NCBI GenBank assembly: GCA_951406725.2
Contig: OX597820.1
Span: 71,858,001 to 71,922,000, forward strand
DNA length: 64,000 nt
Source of the DNA: Octopus vulgaris
Taxonomy: Eukaryota
Direction: 5' to 3'
The notes under the pieces are model-generated. The model had not been told where the DNA came from and searched no databases. It was given only the letters and a program-made list of their open reading frames with translations. Positions within the stretch are counted from its first letter, which is position 1, and each line of letters begins with the position of its first letter. Shown one piece after another: positions 40,281 through 52,165 of this stretch. Both the position numbers and the translations under genes were made by a program.

Positions 40281-40282
<2 letters not shown>
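40078..40282. repeat. Near-perfect 93-bp inverted repeat with 19-nt loop
   Basis: 40078-40170 pairs with 40190-40282, with two mismatches by eye. Confidence 0.92.
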
Positions 40283-40312
<30 letters not shown>

Positions 40313-40319
40313 CATACAT

Positions 40320-40363
<44 letters not shown>

Positions 40364-40367
40364 TTAT

Positions 40368-40906
40368 CCCTCCCCTCCCACATCCATGACACAAAGCATG
40401 CTCTCCATCTCCTCAACTCTTTCTCCTTCCCTCCTGGCCCCTCTAAGCATCTCTTCACTCTTGCATCAAGTGTCTATATACAATGATCCCACACAAAGAA
40501 GGGCTTCTTGCACTCAAACACTTCGTAGACCTTTGACCCAACCTCCAACCTGACACCTCCACACTTCTTCATCTGGCCGAACTTGTTCACTCCCTCAACT
40601 GCTTCTTGTTCGTGGGAGATTTTTACCTATGGATCTTAGGAGTGGCCATGGAAACGAGAGTGGGCCCCCATCTATGTGAACCTGTTCCTTGGTTATATTG
40701 AGGCCCAAATATTCTCACGATTCAGTAGTCCCACTCCCAATCTTTTATCCAATCTTTCCATCCTGCACTATTTCTAACACCTCTATCGCATTTTTCAACA
40801 TTTCGGTCAACATACACCACTCTGCTCTCACAACCTCCATCCACTACAAACACATCAACTCATACTCATACCTTAACTTCTCTTCCTCTCACCCTACACA
40901 CACCAC
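40368..40906 (+). pseudogene. Penelope-like element reverse transcriptase fragment (frameshifted)
   Basis: LPSHIHDTKHALHLL..; IKCLYTMIPHKEGLLAL; LLHLAELVHSLNCFLFVGDFY..GVAMETRVGP; YVNLFLGYIEAQIF; LTTSIHYKHINSYSYLNFSSSHPTHT. These match the PLE RT motifs SLYTNIP, GxAMG, YANLFMG and YL.F.S.HP. Confidence 0.9.
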
Positions 40907-40947
40907 CTGTCTTCATCTTTTGTTGTTTTTTTCGTAAACTCTCCCTG

Positions 40948-41006
<59 letters not shown>

Positions 41007-41173
41007 GCATATACATATATATATATGTATATAGGTATCAAGTTAGAGGGGTTTAATACCTCTAAAGGATAACTAAATCCAGAGTCACTCCTGGCTATTA
41101 GCTTGGTAGGTACAGTCTTTTGTAAAGTTGTATGGTAGCAAGTGGTTCGGTTGGTAAACCGGAATTTAGGTTA

Positions 41174-41332
41174 TATAAGAGAAGAAAATGGATGTAATGA
41201 CCATGGGAAACTCATGGTTTATGCTGGTATGTCTTTAATTAAATAGGTAACACACCCACACATTAAATTAAAGACATACCAACGTAAACCATGAGTTTTC
41301 CATTGTTATTATATCCATTTTCTTCTTTTATA
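41174..41332. repeat. ~67-bp inverted repeat with ~25-nt loop
   Basis: gaagaaaatggat.taat.ac.atgg.aaactcatggttta.g.tggtatgtctttaatt pairs with 41266-41332. Confidence 0.85.
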
Positions 41333-41750
41333 CATATATATGTGTGTGTGTGTATGTATATATTTATGTGTGTGGTGGTGTGTAACTGTTTCTTTGCTTT
41401 GATATCATGGGATAATTGTTAACAGGTATTACCATAATGCAAGCAGTGTCCTTTATTTCCATTAATATTACCTTGCTTGGAAACAATTTAGTGATAGGAA
41501 AGGCATCTGGCCTTAGAAAATCTGCTTCAGCAAATTCTGTCCCATCTACGCAAGAATGGAAAAGTGGGCATCAAGATGAAGAAGAAGAATGTGGTGGTGG
41601 TGGTGGTGATGATGATTAACTCATTGATATTAATACTTTTTATGTCTACACTATCAATTCTGGAGCCATTTTAATCCTTATTTTGTGTGCCATTTGATCT
41701 GATTCTGCTTCAGAATTCTGTCTATTGCAAAACCATAGTATACTGACACT

Positions 41751-42009
41751 CAGAGGTTCTCAACCATTGTTTTGCCTGTGGGTCCTATTGCTTCATATTT
41801 CACTTGGGTGGACACCCATAGCTATTTGATGCTTAAAAAAAACCCTCATATATTTTAAAAATAAAATGTTATGAACAACTGCATAAAAAAAAGTTGTAAA
41901 AATATTCTGTGTAGTGTACAAGTAGAAGCAATGTATTGCACATAAATTTTGACAACCAAATCTTTTGTGGACCGCTAAGGTTCATATGGACCCTAGTTGA
42001 GATTCACTG
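41751..42009. mobile_element. hAT-type MITE
   Basis: Ends are cagaggttctcaacc and agttgagattcactg, with internal atggacc motifs as in 19053-19247. Confidence 0.65.
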
Positions 42010-42708
42010 GTTTAAATTATGGATAAATGAATTTAGTTATTCTGTTTTTAATGATGGATTAGCTGTGATTGAGCACTAAATATGAATACATATTTTAACC
42101 TTTAGCACACTGTGGGTGCATCATGTCAACATATGATCCAGAAACATATGTCCACAACTGTCCTATCTCCAGATGACAGACCTGACCCTTTCCTTAATGG
42201 CATGTCAGCTTTGGAGAAATTCTTGGATCTTGATTCTTCCCCTTCTCAAGTGGAGCAGGCCTTAATTGCCATTTGATAATTATGGTACATCCTTTGGATT
42301 TATGTTGTATGGTATTTGATATACCTGTATTTGTCTATGTCTTTCAAATACATGTCACTGGCTGCTCTGAGCTCCTTTTTGTTTAAATGATAAAAATTTG
42401 ATAGTTCAGCAGCACTAACTTACTGTTCTTTTGTTATTTGTCACCATATCATAATAATGTATCTAATGTTACAGCCCTTCCTTTGCTTTGTTCACACTGT
42501 TATATTAAAACTAATTGAAGGAAATCAATTCTTCCATTGAAACATGGCAGTAGTAACATGAGATGAGAATAAAAACAACGGGTATGCACAGGATTGTAAT
42601 AAACCCAGACTGAGAAAGCAATTAATGTAGGATGTTAGTAAAATAAAGAGACATGTGAAAATTAGATAAATGTTAAAGATATATGTTCAGTAGATACATG
42701 TGTATGTG

Positions 42709-42746
<38 letters not shown>

Positions 42747-42790
42747 CACACACGTGCACACACACACACAGAGGTGCACATGCACACACA

Positions 42791-43463
42791 CGTAGTGAGT
42801 CAAGGAAGTGCTATTTGGTTGTCGCGTTTTAGGACAGTGGTGCTACAACAACTTCAGCCAATTAAAGCTGGCTATGAATTAATACAGACAGCAGCTCCTG
42901 CCCAACAGTATTTTGTGCCTTTTTTCATTAGCTAGCTATAAATACAGCATCATCTGTCCAGAAAAGAGGAGATCCTGTTCCAGTCAATGAGCCAACAGTT
43001 AGCAGAAGACTTCGACTAGAGTACAGCTATGTCTAGCGGGACTTGGGAAGGACGCTACCCCTGACAACGTACTTCAACATGAACAGCTGTATTATTTCAC
43101 TGACTTAATGTCGTAAACTTCGGTATTATACGTAGTGAGTCAAGGAAGCCATAATTTGTTGTTGCGGATTGGCACGGTTGTGCTTTGGCAACTGTAGCCA
43201 ATCAGAGCCGGTCGTGTACCTATAAAAGCAGCAGTCATTAGCCCAGCAGGAGCATTCCTTTTTACAGACAGTCAGCAAAAGACCTCAATGCCACAACCAT
43301 CAGTGAACAGATCTCCACAACCGACAGTGGACAGATCTTAACATTTCACACCAGCCTTCATACCACCAGCTATTGCCTGTTTGTATTTCTTACATCCTTG
43401 GCACCACAAACTTCTAACTTATTTGTGTAATAGTAAGACCAATGGCATTCCTTGACTCCTACA
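42791..43463 (+). mobile_element. Two tandem ~340-bp LTR-like units
   Basis: Both units start cgtagtgagtcaaggaag (42791, 43131). The second has CCAAT (43198) and TATAAAA (43221) and ends ttccttgactcctaca, an inverted copy of the start ending in CA. Confidence 0.6.
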
Positions 43464-43934
43464 TACTAGAATTATCTACTCTCATTGCAACACAAATAAA
43501 TGATGATGATTGTTCTAATATAGCCTTCTGATGTATTTTCTCAATGCCCCACAGATGCAATGGTTTCGTTGACTTTTCATACTCTGTATTTATTTGGTAG
43601 CATGCTAAAATTGGCAACACTTTACTCGAGTTACATTCTTACATAGCTATATTTGAACGCAGAAACGAATCTGTTATGTGTGTGTGTGTGTAAATATAAA
43701 TAAGAAATGGAAAACAAAACAATAAATTGAACAATTATAGATTCAATTCAATTTAAATATTTTATACAAACAAATAACACATCTCATAAATTACAGCTAT
43801 TTCTGCTTAATTAATATATATATATATATACATTATTATTATATATATACAAATCTATATAAATGTGTGTGTGTGTGTACATATACTTTATCTTAGCTTC
43901 AAAAGTAATAATTTATAGAGGAGCACATTCACAT

Positions 43935-44780
43935 CTGGAGTAAGCTTGCTAACATCAGATGAGTCCAGTTTGGGGAAAGGACTGCAGATGTTGCATGGGA
44001 AGGTGGGTTGGTCAAGATTGGTTGTAGTGTCTTTGTTTTTCCTGCTTTTTCTCTCATTTGTGAGGATAGGGCTGCAGGTGTCTTCAAAGGAGGCTAGTGG
44101 ATAGTGGACATTGAGATGCCAGGCTTTGATCAGCAGCCAGAACAGACCTCTAGTGGTGATCAGTATGGCAGTTGCCAAGGGATTTGTTTAAGGAATCCTT
44201 GTACTTCTACTTTGATGTCTCTCTTACAATGGTGACCAAAGGAGAGTTTTCCAGACAGCATGATCTTGGGAAGTCAATGATTCTCCATTCTGGCAATGTA
44301 TTCTTCCCAGCTTAGATATGTCTTCAGCAGAGTTGCTTCAATGCTGGTAATTTTCATCTGCTCCAGGATGTCAGCATTAATACAAAAGTCACTCCAGTGG
44401 ATGCTGAAGATGATGCAAATGCAGCACTGATGGAATCACTTATGGAATTGTAGATGACGCTGACCCATAACTGAGTCATACAAGAGGATAGTCAGAATGA
44501 CAGCTCTGTACACACTGATCTTGGTCCTTTTCTTCAGATGATTATTGTTCCTGACAATTTTGTATAGCTTGCCAAAGCTAGTTTGTCTTGGCCAATCTGT
44601 TGTCAACTTCCTTGTTGGTTTTGACATTTGATGAGATGGCATACACTGGACAGGTGAACTAGTTGACTGTCTTTAGCTCAGTCACCCTGAGTTATGTTAG
44701 GAAAGTGGCATTCCTGCCGTGGGGTAGGTTGATGGAGAACTTTCAGTTTCTTTAAACTAATTTCTAGGTAGAAGTACTGG
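43935..44780 (-). mobile_element. Decayed RTE (BovB-like) LINE 3' part
   Basis: TKISVYRAVILTILLYDS; WSDFCINADILEQMKITSIEATLLKTYLSW..IARMENH*LPKIML; and the C-terminal zinc-finger remnant TFPCNICS. Confidence 0.85.
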
Positions 44781-45093
44781 GTAGCTCTGCAAAGCAAGAA
44801 GTGATGTATTGCAAGGCTGTTTCTGTTGGGGAAACAAAGGCAACCCTGTGGAACGTTACTCACTAATGGGTTGTTCCCTTGTTTTGGTGTAAGCTGTTGG
44901 GGGCAGAGCAAGTTATCACAGGGTTTCTACTGTCATCACTACTCTATGATGATGATGAAGTGAGAAAATCTGACAGCTCCAACCATGAGGGAATTACCTT
45001 GCACTCCATTGTGTCTATGTAAATATCCTTGCCAGAGTTCTCCTCAACTATCTAATACTCATCATTGCAGAATAAAACCTCTCAGAATTCCTG

Positions 45094-45523
45094 TACGGCT
45101 TCTGTATGGTTTAGAATGAATGTTGCTCTAATTTAGCCCCAGGAGACATTGTCTCCAGCTGGCTATATGATACGATCTGCATCCTCATATTTTCGAAAAA
45201 GGGAATCTAGCACCCCAACTCAGCTCAAAACAATATCTGTGTATTGCTATTTCTGGATTATTTCCCTTCATCAGCACAGAATAATTGTTTGGCTAGTGGT
45301 GGCGCTGCCAAATTCCCATTCAAAATACATAGTTTTCAAAATGACAACTTGTCAGTGATCTATAAATTAGGAAATTACTATTTGTAAATCTCACAGCAAG
45401 AGATATTCAGTAACAGAACTGCCATGGTATGTTGGCAAATAATCTTTATTCCAAAGTATTGTTGCTGAATATCTCTTGTTGTGAGATTTACAAATAGTAA
45501 TTTTCTAAAATACGGTGTCTCTA
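45094..45523. mobile_element. Penelope-associated/retrozyme-like insertion (family H1, copy 2)
   Basis: 45107-45289 aligns with 4661-4842. Internal inverted arms at 45368-45416 and 45460-45508. Same right terminus aatagtaattttctaa as copy 1. Decayed flanking repeat tacggcttctgta/tacggtgtctcta. Confidence 0.8.
45236..45280 (-). ncRNA. Minimal type I hammerhead ribozyme
   Basis: Minus strand reads tctgtg-CTGATGA-a-gg-gaaataat-cc-a-GAAA-tagcaa-TA-cacaga. It has a 6-bp stem I, an intact core and a minimal near-palindromic stem III. Confidence 0.8.
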
Positions 45524-45589
45524 AAACCCAGGAAGATATGGAATGAAATACTGATGAACGACCTCAGGATGCTGAACCTTTCAGGCAAG

Positions 45590-45935
45590 AGGACAAAAGA
45601 TCAAGATATTTAGCACCTTGCTGTACTCAAGAAGGTCCATACTCTGGAGCAGAAGTGTTAAGACAGTTCCTTCTGGTGGTGTAAAGCACTCGTGACAGTG
45701 CCATGTAAAAGTGCCTCTGTGGTGCCACACAAAAGTACCTGTACAGCATACCATGTAAAAGCACCCAGCACACTCTGTAAAGTGGTTGGCATCAGGAAGG
45801 ACAGCTAGCTGTAGAAACCATGCCAGACCGGATGGGAGTCCGGTGCAGCTCCCCAGCTTGTCAGCTCTGGTCAAACCATCCAACTCATGCCAACATGGAC
45901 AATGGATGTTAAACGATGATGATGATGATGATGAT
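45590..45935 (+). mobile_element. RTE 3' UTR fragment (family C)
   Basis: gtgccatgtaaaagtgc repeats, gtggttggcatcaggaagg, and a (GAT)n tail. Confidence 0.8.
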
Positions 45936-47039
45936 GGTGGTGGTGCCTGCTGTCAGGAATGTGTTTGATATGTAAAACTGGGAAGTCCAATAATGTTACA
46001 CTGCTATATTTAGTAACTATTTAATCAAAGAGGTCATGGATGGTTAAATGATTTGGATGTGGTGCTGAAGACAGAGCAAGAACTCCTAAAATATGTATAT
46101 ACATCTCTTACCTAGTTTTCTATCTTTGATCCCATTGTTTACTGTAGACATATTTAGATTCAAAACATCATAAGAAATCAGTGGTGACTATAATTTCTAC
46201 ATCGGTGACTAAGGGTTCATTTAACCTACCAGAATGGGTTGCACTCATTTGTAGTGACAAAGTCAACCAATCCGGTAGATGGATAATTCTAACAGAAATT
46301 CCTGAAATATATTGTTTGTTGTGTTGAGTTTATGGCAAACATTTGCACCAACCTTCTGATCCACTGCAAGCCTTCACCACTAAAAGCAAATTATCTGTGT
46401 GGGTAGTCTAACAGCTATAATATTGACTATTAGACTATCATACATTGAAGCCAACCTCCCCTCAGGATCATAGTCCTATGAACTGCATGGCAACCACAAA
46501 AGTGCAAGTGGCACAATAATATCACCCAGTCTACATTGTAAGGGGGTAGATGTTAGGAAGAGCATGCAGCATGTAAAATCCATGCCAAAGCAGACATTGG
46601 AGCTCGATGCAGTCTTTGGATACATCAGGTCCTGCCAACCCATCCAATCCATGCCAGCATGGAACATGGACATTAAATGATGATGCCTTTGTGTGTGTGT
46701 GTGTGTGTGCACGCACGCGTGCACGTGCTGAAGTTCTGCTATAGATAATGTATTTGCTAGACTGACGTTTGCAAACAGAAAATGATTTTCATATTTATAT
46801 TTCTATGCATAGAAAATGTGAAATATTGGTGGAAAACAAAGCATGGAAACAACTATTATTCTAGAATTCAAAATCAGATACACTTTCAGTTGAATGGTCA
46901 GAATGTATAAGTGTCTAGTTGTAATTCTTTGGGTTTTGTTTTTTTCTTTTCATGAATTGGAAAGAAGTAAAATTTTCTTCCAGACAGACAAAAAAGTAAA
47001 TGGGAAAAAAAGCAACCAAAAAAAAAACAAAAACAAAAA

Positions 47040-47800
47040 GCTTGATAGTCCAATGTACTAACTGAACTACAGCTGAACACGGGAACTTGTCTTCTGTAGT
47101 GAACTTAACAATCAGAATCTACCAAACATGCTAAAATCCTATAAGCAGAGTATTAAGCACAGACTTATTAAACCTGAAAATCCCCTTCCTAGCTCTACTA
47201 AAAACACTAACAGCATTAAGAAGTTTGAAGAAGTTCAATAACTTAGATATTTGGAAATATTCCTGGTTAGATTTGTTTCATTTCCTTAATGGCATTGAAA
47301 GGGTTACGGTACATGAGACACACCTTCCTCTCTCTGTGTTTTTAATTTTATTTCTTTTTAGTCATTGTATCCATGGAATAAGAAATCCCTTCAATAAAAA
47401 GAACAATTGAAGCAACTCTTCATTATATTTTTAACTCAGGATTTTATGAATCAATAGTAAAGAAAAAAAGTTCAAAGGGATTTCAATAAGCGGTTATAAA
47501 ACTATATTATTAGATGCTCATGAGCAACAATCCTTCAAGCAATGTTTGTTTGGAAGATTAACTATCTGGATACTCTTCAATTAATATTTGCTTTCAATTT
47601 AGATAAAAGGCTATTGAGAAAACTCTGTATATGGAAATGAAGAAAAACTTCTAATATGGATTGAGTACTTTTCACTTGTAGCTATCTTATTATCAATGGG
47701 CTTCATTTTTTCCCCTCTTTGTCAGATCTTGTTATAAATAATATCATCAATTTATTTCATGCTTCTTTGTTTATCAATGAAGTACTTTGTTTTTCAAAGC
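47040..47800 (+). pseudogene. Highly decayed L1/Tx1-like RT fragment
   Basis: ..HLPLSVFLILFLFSHCIHGIRNP (compare PLSPLLF.L..EPL...IR) and FKGISISGYKTILLDAHE (compare IKGI.I...LFADD) occur in the expected order. Confidence 0.35.
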
Positions 47801-48184
47801 TGATATTTGCATATGAACTGAAAGTTGTAAGTTCAGAAGTAACAAAACAGTTGAAAGCAAAATAAGATTGAACATTTACAAAATTCTTTGTCTTGTTAAA
47901 GTTACTGGCACACTAAGACGGTTTAGACAGAAAAGGAACTATGGTAATAATAGGAGTTGTATAGTAATAGTGTAGGTATATGGTAATAGTTGTAGTTGTA
48001 GCAATTTAAAATAAATCTATATATGAAATTACATTTTTCAAAATAGGAAGTTTGATGAATGAAACTTTGATGTTATACTGTGAATTTATGCCAGTTTAAT
48101 TAAAGGAGTTGTAAGATTACTCATCATTATATTAGATCCTTGCTTCAATTTTAATCATAGTGTTGCCCTATAAGATTAAAAATA

Positions 48185-48620
48185 AGGGAGGCAGCTAGTC
48201 AGCTCTGGTTGCTGGAACTGAAACAAAGACGACATTGTTGGAATGTAGGTTTAGAGAGGGCACCGGCCAAAACTATGCATCCTTCCCCTTCACTGGTAAG
48301 TTGAAGCTTAGATAGTGTCATGTAGGAGTTAGCTGGTGCAGGCTGCTGGAGCCTACCAGTGAGTATTTAATGGGAAATTTAGCAGGATGGTCATTCGCCT
48401 GCTGACATTTGTTGAAGCTGCATCAAAGAAACCAAAGAACAAAAGGCCAAAGGAAAAAAGGAGAAAGAAAATAATGCACTCAATACCAGAGCTAAAGACA
48501 CCTTCAAAGGGTGGGACCCCGCCACACTGAAAACGGTAGAGGAGTAGGGGCCGAAACCGGACATGGTTCCTCCTGATGATGACTTTAGCCACTGGATCCT
48601 ATAAAGGAGCTGTTGAGGTA
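48185..48620 (+). pseudogene. Decayed gag/ORF1-like fragment with CCHC zinc knuckle remnant
   Basis: GC-richer island. With one frameshift, 48236-48278 reads CWNVGLEGHRPKLC (C-x2-[C>V]-x4-H-x4-C). A K/E-rich frame with scattered stops follows. Confidence 0.45.
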
Positions 48621-49884
48621 GTGAACCGCGAAACTTGGTTGGAATTCCTCTAATGTACTCCCATTTCATATAACAATGTTGTAATCACAGATGGAGTTGC
48701 TACGTCTAAATTCTCTAAAATAAAAGGTAATTTTTTAAACTACAAGCTCATCTATTTAGCTACATGTCTCTGGAATTTTATTCTTATGGTTTGAGGAATA
48801 CATCATGAATTTTCTTCCTTATATCAAAATGATTTTGGTACACTTTGGTAAATATGCAGAAAAATGTTCAATATTAAATAATGCTAATTATGCTGTTCAA
48901 ATATTTTTCTTATAATTGTTGCTATGAGCAGAATATCCTGTGTCACCTAGAAATGGGAAAGAAGGAAGCTCTATCCTTGACAAGTTAGAGTTGATGAATG
49001 CATACATCAACTTCATTATTTATAATAGATCAATTTATGACTGTTATACCTTGCTCCAGTTTTTAGCTGGCCAGGCTGGAGTAACTGCTATTTTGCTTCT
49101 TGTGGACATTTTCTCACAACTTGTCTCTTTGATGTTGCACAAAATTATGTGAAGACCAATATCAAGCATTTGACTTATGGATTACTACCAGATTAAATAG
49201 TTTCCTACTGCTCCGATAACTCAGCTGATAGTACATCAACCCTTACATTTTAAAAGAAGTTAGTGAACAGCAACATTTTAGGGGAAGCCTATCACAGAAG
49301 TACCATTGACAGTGTACATAATTCCTTTGTTTCATACTGTTAGTAATGGGAGGCATTGCCAGTTTGAGATCATAAGTGAAGAAACAAAATTTGCTTAGGG
49401 AGTGGAAAACCCAGATCCAATCCAGAATGTTCAAAGTGTTTTCATTGCCCTTCAAAACTTCCAAGGCCTATGTTTGAGATAAACTCTACTAATATAGTAG
49501 TGTTTTTAACTGGGCTTGTCTGATATGTATAGTGATGAAATCATTCTGCATTTACTCAGTCAATGTCTGATGATTTCTTCTTGCAGATTTAATTCAAACA
49601 GTTGTTGTCATGCAAGATGGAACCAGCTACCTGCTGAGCTCTTTATGAAAGTTGCTTCTCTGTTTTCCCTTGTCTGAGAAGAGCAAACAGTTTTGCTCTG
49701 TCTAGGAGATACATTTGTTTCAACCATGCCTTCTTCAACTTGGTCTTCCTCATAGAAAGTAAGGTCTGCATAGAGAAGAAGATACTAGCCTCCAGTGGAT
49801 TTGCTGAAAGGTAGGTGAGAGTAACAAACATGGCTCATATGAATAGGCTCAGAGACTGGTAATAAGCCTGCACTAAGGAAAGAT

Positions 49885-50840
49885 GCATCAATTCCAGTAC
49901 TTGACTGGTATTTTATTGTCCCCAAAAGGATGAAAAGCAAAGTTGGTCTCAGCAATATTTGAACTCAGGACATAAAGTGCTAGAAGCAGTACTGTCCGAT
50001 GCTCTAGTGATTCTGCCAGCTTGTCTAATAATAATAATGGTTTAAAATTTGGGGGTATAGTCAAACAGCAAACTTGACTGGTATTTTATTGTCCCCAAAA
50101 GGATGAAAAGCAAAGTTGGTCTCAGCAATATTTGAACTCAGGACATAAAGTGCTAGAAGCAGTACTGTCCGATGCTCTAGTGATTCTGCCAGCTTGTCTA
50201 ATAATAATAATGGTTTAAAATTTTGGGTCGGAGATAAGTCAATTACATTGATCCCAGTGATCAACTAGTACTTATTTTATTGACTCCGAAAGAATGAAAG
50301 GCAAAATCGACCATAGCAGAATTTTGAACTCATGAAGATGTATGAAATGCCACCAAGCATTTTGTCCAGCATGTTAACAATGCTACCAGCTCATCACCTT
50401 TTGTGTAGTAGTAGTAGTAATAATAATAATAATAATAATAATAATCTTTTCTACTCTAGGCACAAAGCCCAAAATTTTTGGGGAGGGGACCAGTCGATTA
50501 GATCAATCCCAGTATGCAACTTATTTAATTTATTGACCCCAAAAGGATGAAAGGCAAAGTCAACATCAGCAGAATTTGAACTCAGAATATAAAGACGGCC
50601 AAAATACCTATTTCTTTACTACCCACAAGGGGCTAAATACTGAGAGGACAAACAAGGACAGACAAACGGATTAAGTTGATTATATCGACCCCAGTGCGTA
50701 ACTGGTACTTATTTAATTGACCCCGAAAGGATGAAAGGCAAAGTCGACCTCGACAGAATTTGAACTCAGAACGTAGCGGCAGACCAAATACCGCTAAGCA
50801 TTTCACCCGGTGCGCTAACGTTTCTGCCAGCTCACTGCCC

Positions 50841-50887
<47 letters not shown>

Positions 50888-51100
50888 GTTTCAAATTTTG
50901 CCTTAAGTCAAGCAACCATAAGGGTTGGGAAAGTTGATTACATCGACCTCAATGCTCAACTGGTACTTAGTTCATCGACCCTGAAAGGATGAAAGGTAAA
51001 GTTGACCTCAACAGAAATTGAACTTGAAATGTGAAGATGAATAAAATGCCACTAAGTGTTTTGTCAGGTGTGCTAACAATTCTGGTAGCTCACTACCCTA
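49885..51100 (-). mobile_element. Array of about six co-oriented SINE family A copies separated by (AAT)n
   Basis: Copies at about 49890, 50072, 50203, 50445, 50609 (full length with tail) and 50885. Each has gatgaaa(a/g)gcaaagt and tttgaactcag. Confidence 0.9.
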
Positions 51101-51954
51101 GAAACAATTACTGATATTAAAAACAAAATTGCCAGATGTGTTTTTCAAGGAAAAAACTTCATGACTGCTAAATTTAAGTTTGTGTAAAATGAGCTCAATA
51201 AAGTAGGATTTGATATAAAATCTACCATTGAGGAAAATCTACTTATAATAATATATAAGCAAATTATTGAAATCATTACTTCAGATTATTAAAATCTAAA
51301 TACAGAGTTTGGACTGAACCAATATACAAGTAGATATAGCTTCATGAGTGGAAGCTTTAGGAGCACTGCAATGGTGAAGATTAAATCTGATTTCATTCAA
51401 GTTTTGTTAAAATTATAGGTTTTTAACAGTCACAAAATCCAAAGAGTACAGAAGAAAAAAATATATATCAAAACATTTAGAGGAATTGACTAAATCAATG
51501 AAAGTGACTAGTTACAAAGTATGTTGAGTCTATACAAGAGAGATTTGGGACATAAAGAGATATTACATTGGAAGACATTTCTAGTATCACATTTTAAATG
51601 ACATGGCTAAACGGAAAACCTTTTGATACAGTATCCTAGCCTTAAAGGTACATTTCACTCCTGTTGTCTAAATGTTTATAATTACATATGTACACATGTT
51701 CATGTCACCATTGTATGCAATGTGTGCACAGAATAATTGACAAATTGTGTTGTTAATTGACCACTATGAGCTCAAATGCTTCTATGCATCTGCAGATGAC
51801 AGTAAGAAACTTGTTATAAAGTTTATCCTAATCTGAATTCTGACAGGAAGCATGACAAGTTATTCAATTGAGTAAAGGGTATTACAATTACGCTGGAAAA
51901 GTAAAATTCTATTAACAATTTAGAACAGTCTTCAGTTTACTTGGCTTCTAATAA

Positions 51955-52165
51955 TCCTTTCTACTATAGACAGAAAGCCCAAAATTTTGTGTGATGGGTA
52001 TAGTTGATAACATTGACCCCAGTACTGAATAGGTACTTATTTTATTAAACCCAAAAGGATGAAAAGTAGTCAGCCTCAGTAGGTTTTGAACTCAGAATAT
52101 AAAATCAGACCAAATGCCACAAAGCATTTTGCTAGCATGCTAAGGATTCTGTCAGTTCACTGCCT
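51955..52165 (-). mobile_element. SINE family A copy
   Basis: cattgaccccagtactgaataggtactt..ggatgaaaag..tttgaactcagaat. Confidence 0.8.

Noticed and set aside
49243-49831. Possible gypsy RNase H remnant on the minus strand
   Set aside because: The similarity (VFHSLSKFCFFTY) is too weak to support a call by eye.
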